In this document: positions 58,105-64,000 of the stretch, piece by piece
Layout: every line of letters starts with the position of its first letter
How positions within the stretch are numbered: the stretch's first letter is position 1
Source: Malacoraja senta
Lineage: Eukaryota
Direction: 5' to 3'
Length of the DNA stretch: 64,000 nt
NCBI GenBank assembly: GCA_038087875.1
Contig: CM075991.1
Location: forward strand, 2,914,001-2,978,000
The notes under the pieces: generated by a model
Database searches by the model: none
What the model was told of the DNA's origin: nothing
Seen by the model: the letters and a program-made list of their open reading frames with translations, nothing else
Made by a program: the position numbers and the translations under genes

Positions 58105-61084
58105 GTGAACAATATCCTTTTGCCTCCTCTTGCAGTCGCTCGAATGTTATCCACGTTGCACTACTCGTAATGGCATGAGTAGGTCTATTCGGTCCATCCC
58201 AAGTGGCAAGTTCCTTCTTCCATTCCTGCAGCTTAATTCTTACTTCCTTCTAACCACCCATTCGCTCTCATATGTCCATCAATTCCCCTTAAATTATTTT
58301 CCCACATTCCCGCACTAAGGGGTCATTTACAGTGGTCAACGATCCTACCAGTATGTCTTTGATGTGGGAGGAAATCGGAGCATCTATTGACAATAGACAA
58401 TAGGTGCAGGAGTAGGCCCTTTGGCCCTTCGAGCCAGCACCGCCATTCAATGTGATCATGGCTGATCATACCCAAACAGTACCCCGTTCCTGCCTTCTCC
58501 CCATATCCCCTGACTCCGCTATTTCTAAGAGCCCTATCTTACTCTCTCTTGAAAGCATCCAGAGAACCTGCCTCCACAGAATTCCACAGACTCGCCATTC
58601 TCTGTGAGAAAAAGTGTTTCCTCGTCTCCGTTCTAAATGGCTTACTCCTTATTCTTAAACTGTGGCCCCTGGTTCTGGACTCCCCCAACATCGGGAACAT
58701 GTTTCCTGCCTCTAGTGTGTCCAAGCCCTTAACAATCTTATATGTTTCAATGAGATTTCCTCTCATCCTTCTAAACTCCAGAGTGTACAAGCCCTTTGAC
58801 ACCCAGCAAGGTCACAGGAACTATGTGGAAACACCACCTAGATGGTGAACCCAGGCCCTGGAGCTGAGGCAGCACCAACGGTGGTATCGCCTTTACTTTT
58901 GCACACTTCATGATCTGCCAACTCTTCCAGCGTCCATTCATTTCTCTTTACAGACCAGAACCAAAAGTGATACATTTCTCACGACATATGAGGAGGCCCT
59001 TTGGCCCATCGAGTCTATGCCGGCTCTCAATCCCATCCACCACATTCTCTCATATTTTACAATCATCAACACTGCACCATCTACACCAGTGGTAATTTAT
59101 TGCAGGCACCAAGTCTTCGAGATGTGGGAGGAAATCCTGGGAAAACTGGAATGTGCCCGCGGATCGGGGTTGAATACGTCACTGAAGCTGTGAGGTGGCA
59201 GCACTACCAGTTGTGTCACTGCCTGCTTGTCATTGTTTCTCACTGCTTTCAGCAGAGAAACACATTACAGAGTCCTATATGCTTTCACACTCCATCACAT
59301 TAGTTTTCTCAATGCAAGGAGCTTGTTTAAAGTACTCGGTAAGCAAGCAGGTGAGGGTGATTCTGCCCCCGTTTTCTCCTGCCATTGATTGTCATCGTCG
59401 ACCTTGTTTTGAGCTTGGTGAAAATGCACGTGGAACAGTTTCTATGGTTTTGGCCTCCTTGCTTTCAAAGGGATCTACTTTCCATTGAGGAAATGCAACA
59501 AAAAAACAGCAGCTTGGCTCCTTTGAAGACAGGCTTGACTGACAGGACTGATTGACTAGATTAGGCCTGCTGAAAATAAGTGGGGAATCTCATTGAAACT
59601 TGGGAAACTCTTGCCTTGCAATCTGAGGAGTCTAGAACCAGGGGTCAGGTTCCCAGAATAAGAGGTTTTTCCTCAGAGCGTGGTGAAAAAAATGAAGTGG
59701 AGATGAACAGGCAGACCAGACACACAGGACCACTCTTTTTGAACGAACAACATGATCATTTATTGTGTAGGCTATGGGCTGTTAGACAACCGCTAAACTG
59801 AATCCAAATCAGATTAGTTCAGATCTACGTTTCAACAATTTATTCCTCGCCCCTTATCCAAGATGAGTCCTCGTGGATAAACGTGCAATAACTTGGAGCC
59901 CTCATTCTATTTCTCTCTCCACAGATAGGGGAGCACAGTAATGCAGCAGGTAGAGCTGCTGCCTCACAGCGCCAGAGATCCGGATTCAATCCAGGCCTCG
60001 GGTGCTCTCTGTGTGGAGTTTGCACGTTCTCCCTGTGACCGTGGGTTTCCTACGGGTGCTTCGGTTTACTCCCACATCCCAAAGATGTGCGGGTTTGTAG
60101 GTTAATTGGCCCTCTGTAAATTGCCCCCTGGTGTGTAGGGAACAGAAGAACAAGTGGGATAACGTAGAACTGGTGTGAACGGGTGGTTGATGATGGACGT
60201 GGACTCGGTGGGCCTGTGCTGTATTTGTAAAGTATAAGAAAAGGAATGGCCTGAGTTGCTGAGTATCAGAGGCTCAGGTTATTCTTAGAGACTATCTTTG
60301 CATCAGCTTCATAGAAACATAGAAAATAGGTGCAGGAGGAGGCTATGATCATGGCTGATAGTCCCCAATCAATAACCCGTGCCTGCCTTCTCCCCATATC
60401 CCTTGATCCCACTAGCCCCTAGAGCTCTATCTAACTCTCTCTTAAATCCATCCAGTGACTTGACCTCCACTCCCCTCTGTGGCAGGGAATTCCACAAATT
60501 CACAACTCTCTGGGTGAAAAGTTTTTTTCTCACCTCAGTCTTAAATGGCTTCCCCTTTATTCTAAGACTGTGGCCCTGGTTCTGGACTCGCCCAACATTG
60601 GGAACATTTTTCCTGCATCTAGCTTGTCCAGTCCTTTTATAATTTTATATGTTTCTATAAGATCCCCCCTCATCCTTCTAAACTCCAGTGAATACAAGCC
60701 TAGTCTTTTCAATCTTTCCTCATATGACAGTCCCGCCATCCCAGGGATCAATCTCGTGAACCTACGCTGCACTGCCCCAATGCCCCATTATTACTTCGAC
60801 AGCTCTTGATCTACAGTGAATGGGAAAGGAACAGGTACAACAGTGAGGTGAACCATAACTAATGCCTCTTAAAACCTTCCCCTCACCTGTATCTACCTAT
60901 CACTTGCCAGGCTTTGTCCCACCTCTAAATCTCTTCCAACTTCCTTCCCCCGACTCCTATCAGTCTGAAGTAGGGTCCCAACCCAAAACATCGTCTGTCC
61001 ATTTCATCCACAGATGCTGCCTACCCTGTTGAGTTCCTCCAGCACTATGTGCCTTGCTCATAACTAAAGCCTTCTTCGTTTCAG

Positions 61085-61266
61085 GTGGTGTTGTCCTGTT
61101 TGCTCGACCTTCTCCCACTCATCGAGAAGCCGCTCGTCACCCGAGGACAACAGAGAGCAAATCGCTACGACAAAGTATTCTGCCTAATACTTACCCACAT
61201 GGAGGTTGAAGATAAGATCCCCCTTCGAAGAGTGTATGCCAAGCACCTGCCTGTCTTCATCGAAAG
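61085..61266 (+). CDS. TTI2: TTI2 coding exon 4
   Basis: tttcag|GTG GTG...GAA AG|gtcaga. Translates VVLSCLLDLLPLIEKP...YDKVFCLILTHMEVEDKIPLRRVYAKHLPVFIE(R). Confidence 0.93.
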
Positions 61267-61281
61267 GTCAGACTGCGATAT

Positions 61282-61707
61282 TGTCAGGAGCGGCGTTTGG
61301 GTTGTGTCGACCCTGCTAACGGGAAGCAGTGCACTCCCGCCACATCTCGGTTCCATCCACATGGATCTGTAATTCCGGTCCTATTCTCACCCCGCTAGTC
61401 TGCTTCAGTAAAACACCGAGTCAAGCTCTGGATCAACTCACTTTATTTTCCGAACACAAACACACGATACCTAACCAACACCGCGGGTCCGATCCTTGTC
61501 TCTACTCGTCCAAGCCCTTGAGCCTCGTGCCAATAGACACCTCCAGATAGTCAGCACGGTCCCAAGTGCTAACCCAGAAGATCGACACAGACTCATGTGC
61601 TCTCCCCACTTTTATACTATATCGGACCCTTGGCGCGAAGTACATGGGGGGGGGGCAACCTCTACAAGCCAATCATAAATAAAGATCATGCAATACATTA
61701 TTTGACA
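61282..61707 (-). mobile_element. LTR of an LTR retroelement, antisense within a TTI2 intron; internal sequence probably continues to about 62170
   Basis: TGTCA...TGACA termini. On the minus strand TATAAAA (61616-61610) precedes AATAAA (61447-61442). A G-rich PPT-like tract lies just before the LTR. No TSD, so it is not a clean solo LTR. Confidence 0.65.
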
Positions 61708-62659
61708 GTTCCCTAACCCAATCACAGAATATCCCATTACATCTACAGAAAGTTCTTAATGGAAAACAGTTCCCTTGAGTAAAGAAACATTTTACCAGGT
61801 AATGTAAACAATTTGGGCAAGGCCCCTCTCCTTGACCAATCACAAATAGCAGTGCAAAGACCATGCAACATAGTTAACAATAGTATTATAACCCATCATT
61901 TCCAAACCAATCCTGATCATGCATTTGCAGCAGGACCCAGCTCCTTCTGCAAAACCCTCATACATAATATCAATTAAAGGACATCTGGACATCACCCTGT
62001 ACTCAACTTCTTCCCAGGACAGACATTCTGGAGCCATGATCCTCATGGTCTTTGATGTCAAGCAAGTTTTGCAAAGGCAGAAATCCTCCATTTTGTCAGG
62101 CACTTAAAATGCCCAATATTATCAGATCTACTCCCCAAATCCTGATTCCAAGAAGCTTTATGGATGTGGACGTCAAACAGAAGTTGAATATAAAAAAAAG
62201 ACACTAAGTGCTGGAGTAACTCAACGGGTCAGGCAGCATGTCTGGGGAACATGAATAGGTGACAGTTCGGGTTACCGATCCGAAATGTCACCTATCCATG
62301 CTCTCCAGAGATGCTGCCTGACCCACTGAGTTAGTTACTCCAGCAATTTCTGTCCTTTTGTGTTGAAGCTTACAAGCAGTGATCCTCTTTGAAATCAGCA
62401 GCTGTGTATAAACAGGATAGTGCACAGCAGGAAGCCACTTAGCACATGGTCTCGAAACTGATCATATTTGTGCGCTGATTATTTTTTTAATGTATAATTA
62501 TATGGAGGTATTTGTTGGAAAGATTTGGGGGCATCGTGGAGCCAAGCCTGTGAATACATGGATGGAGAGAGAAAATCAGTGGGCATTGAGTGTATACATG
62601 GAAGGTAGACACCTCTCACTAATGCCAGGACCCATCAGATTCTGCAACACTCTGACATA

Positions 62660-62865
62660 CAGTGCCCTCCATAATGTTTGGGACAAAGACCCATCATTTA
62701 TTTATTTGCCTCTGTACTCCACAATTTGAGATTTGTAATAGAAAAAAATCACATGTGGTTAAAGTGCACATTGTCAGATTTTATTAAAGGATATTTTTTT
62801 ATATTTTGGTTTCCCCATGTAGAATTTACAGCTGTGTTTATACATAGTCCCCCCTATTTCGAGGG
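62660..62865 (+). mobile_element. Tc1/mariner-like terminal fragment
   Basis: Starts TA|CAGTGCCCTCCATAATGTTTGGGACA, a typical Tc1 terminus. No partner TIR was seen. Confidence 0.55.
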
Positions 62866-62904
62866 ACTACACCGACAGCACCAGAGGTCAGGATAGAACT
62901 GGGT

Positions 62905-63830
62905 CATAGAGTCATCCAACATTCGGCCCACCTTGCTCATGCTGACCAGTGTCCCAACCACACTAGCCCCACCTAGCCGCGTTTGGTCCATAGCTCTAGA
63001 AACCTTTCCTATCCATGTCCAAATGTCTTTCAAATGTTGTTATAGTTTCTGCCTCGACTGCCTTTTCCAGCAGCTCGTTCCATAGACCCACCATCGTCTG
63101 TTTGAAAAAGTTGCCCCTCAGATTCCTATTAAATCTTTCCCCTCCCACCTTAAAACTATGTCCTCTGATTCTTAATTTCCCTACTCTGGGTAAAAGACTC
63201 TGTACATCTACCCTCAACACCCTTATGATCTTATACACCTCTATAAGATCACCTCTCATCCTTTTACACTCCATGTAATACACTCTGAGCCTGCCCAACA
63301 TCTCCCTATAGCTCAGGCCCTCAAGTCCTGGCAACATTCTTGAAAATCTTCCAGCTATTTCCAGCTTAAAAACATCTTTCCCATAACAGGGTGACCAAAA
63401 TGAACACGATACTCCAACTGTGGCCTCATCAGCACCTTGTGTAGCTGTAACATAGCATTCCAAATTCTATATCCTACCTTGAGTGATGAAGGCCAAAGTG
63501 TCAAAGGCCTTCTTGACCATCTTACCTACCTATGACGCCACTTTCAAGGAACAATGAACCTGCACCTCTAGATCTCTCTGCTCTACAACGCTACCGAGCC
63601 CTTTCATTTTTTCTACGAAGGAATTGCCCTGGTTAGACTTCACATTTATCTGCATTAAACGCCCTTAACTATTCTTCTGCCCACTTGCCCAACTGATCAA
63701 GATCCTTTGATAACCATCTTAGCCATCTACAATCCCACCCACTTTAGTGTCATTTGCAAACTTACTAATTATGCTTTGTACGTTCTCATCCAAATCGGTG
63801 ATATAAATTACAAACAGCAATGGGCCCAGG
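62905..63830 (-). mobile_element. CR1 3' fragment. Similar short CR1 3' ends at about 1-135, 2190-2712, 5050-6180, 9745-10130, 15820-16275, 20445-20830, 24200-24980, 25387-25612, 55055-55445, 58390-58795 and 60310-60778
   Basis: ORF 62996-63463 [13 protein letters not shown]...RGDLIEVYKI...RGNFFKQ, with the shared CR1 3' UTR. Confidence 0.85.
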
Positions 63831-63933
63831 TGTCTGACACCATGAGGCAATAGCTCTATCAAGCTCTGCCAATTCTTCCCCAAGGGATAAACAGCATTTG
63901 AATCACTGAACCTTCATTTGCTTCTGTTGCCAG

Positions 63934-64000
63934 GCTCGGTATTCTGGTTGTTCGACACTTGAAGCGGCTGCAGAGGGTGATTCTTGGATATCTGGAGGTG
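63934..64000 (+). CDS. TTI2: TTI2 coding exon 5 (truncated by window end)
   Basis: gccag|G CTC GGT ATT... Translates (R)LGILVVRHLKRLQRVILGYLEV. Confidence 0.93.

Overview
Repeat-dense vertebrate genomic DNA, most likely from a cartilaginous fish (skate/ray-like). This is inferred from abundant HE1/V-SINE-type tRNA SINEs with CR1 partner LINEs and Penelope-like elements. There are two spliced host genes, both on the + strand. (1) The last seven coding exons of a vesicular monoamine transporter of the VMAT1/SLC18A1 type (1639-22554), with several unusual substitutions. (2) TTI2, starting at a CpG island near 46.0-46.7 kb, with coding exons from 53339 running off the end of the window. Most other sequence is nested transposon debris: CR1, Tx1/L1, Rex1-like, a Hero-like RLE LINE, Penelope-like GIY-YIG elements, Harbinger MITEs, a Tc1 end and an LTR. 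The most interesting signals are RNA-structural. One is a candidate non-circularly permuted hammerhead ribozyme in the 3' UTR of the Hero-like LINE (38383-38448). Another is about 25 Penelope pseudo-LTR units carrying minimal hammerhead cores, many inserted as fold-back palindromes with 11-18 bp target duplications. A third is a non-coding retroposon family with conserved, covarying hairpins. Repeat boundaries are read by eye and approximate unless a TSD is quoted. Most ORFs in the supplied track are repeat-derived or spurious.
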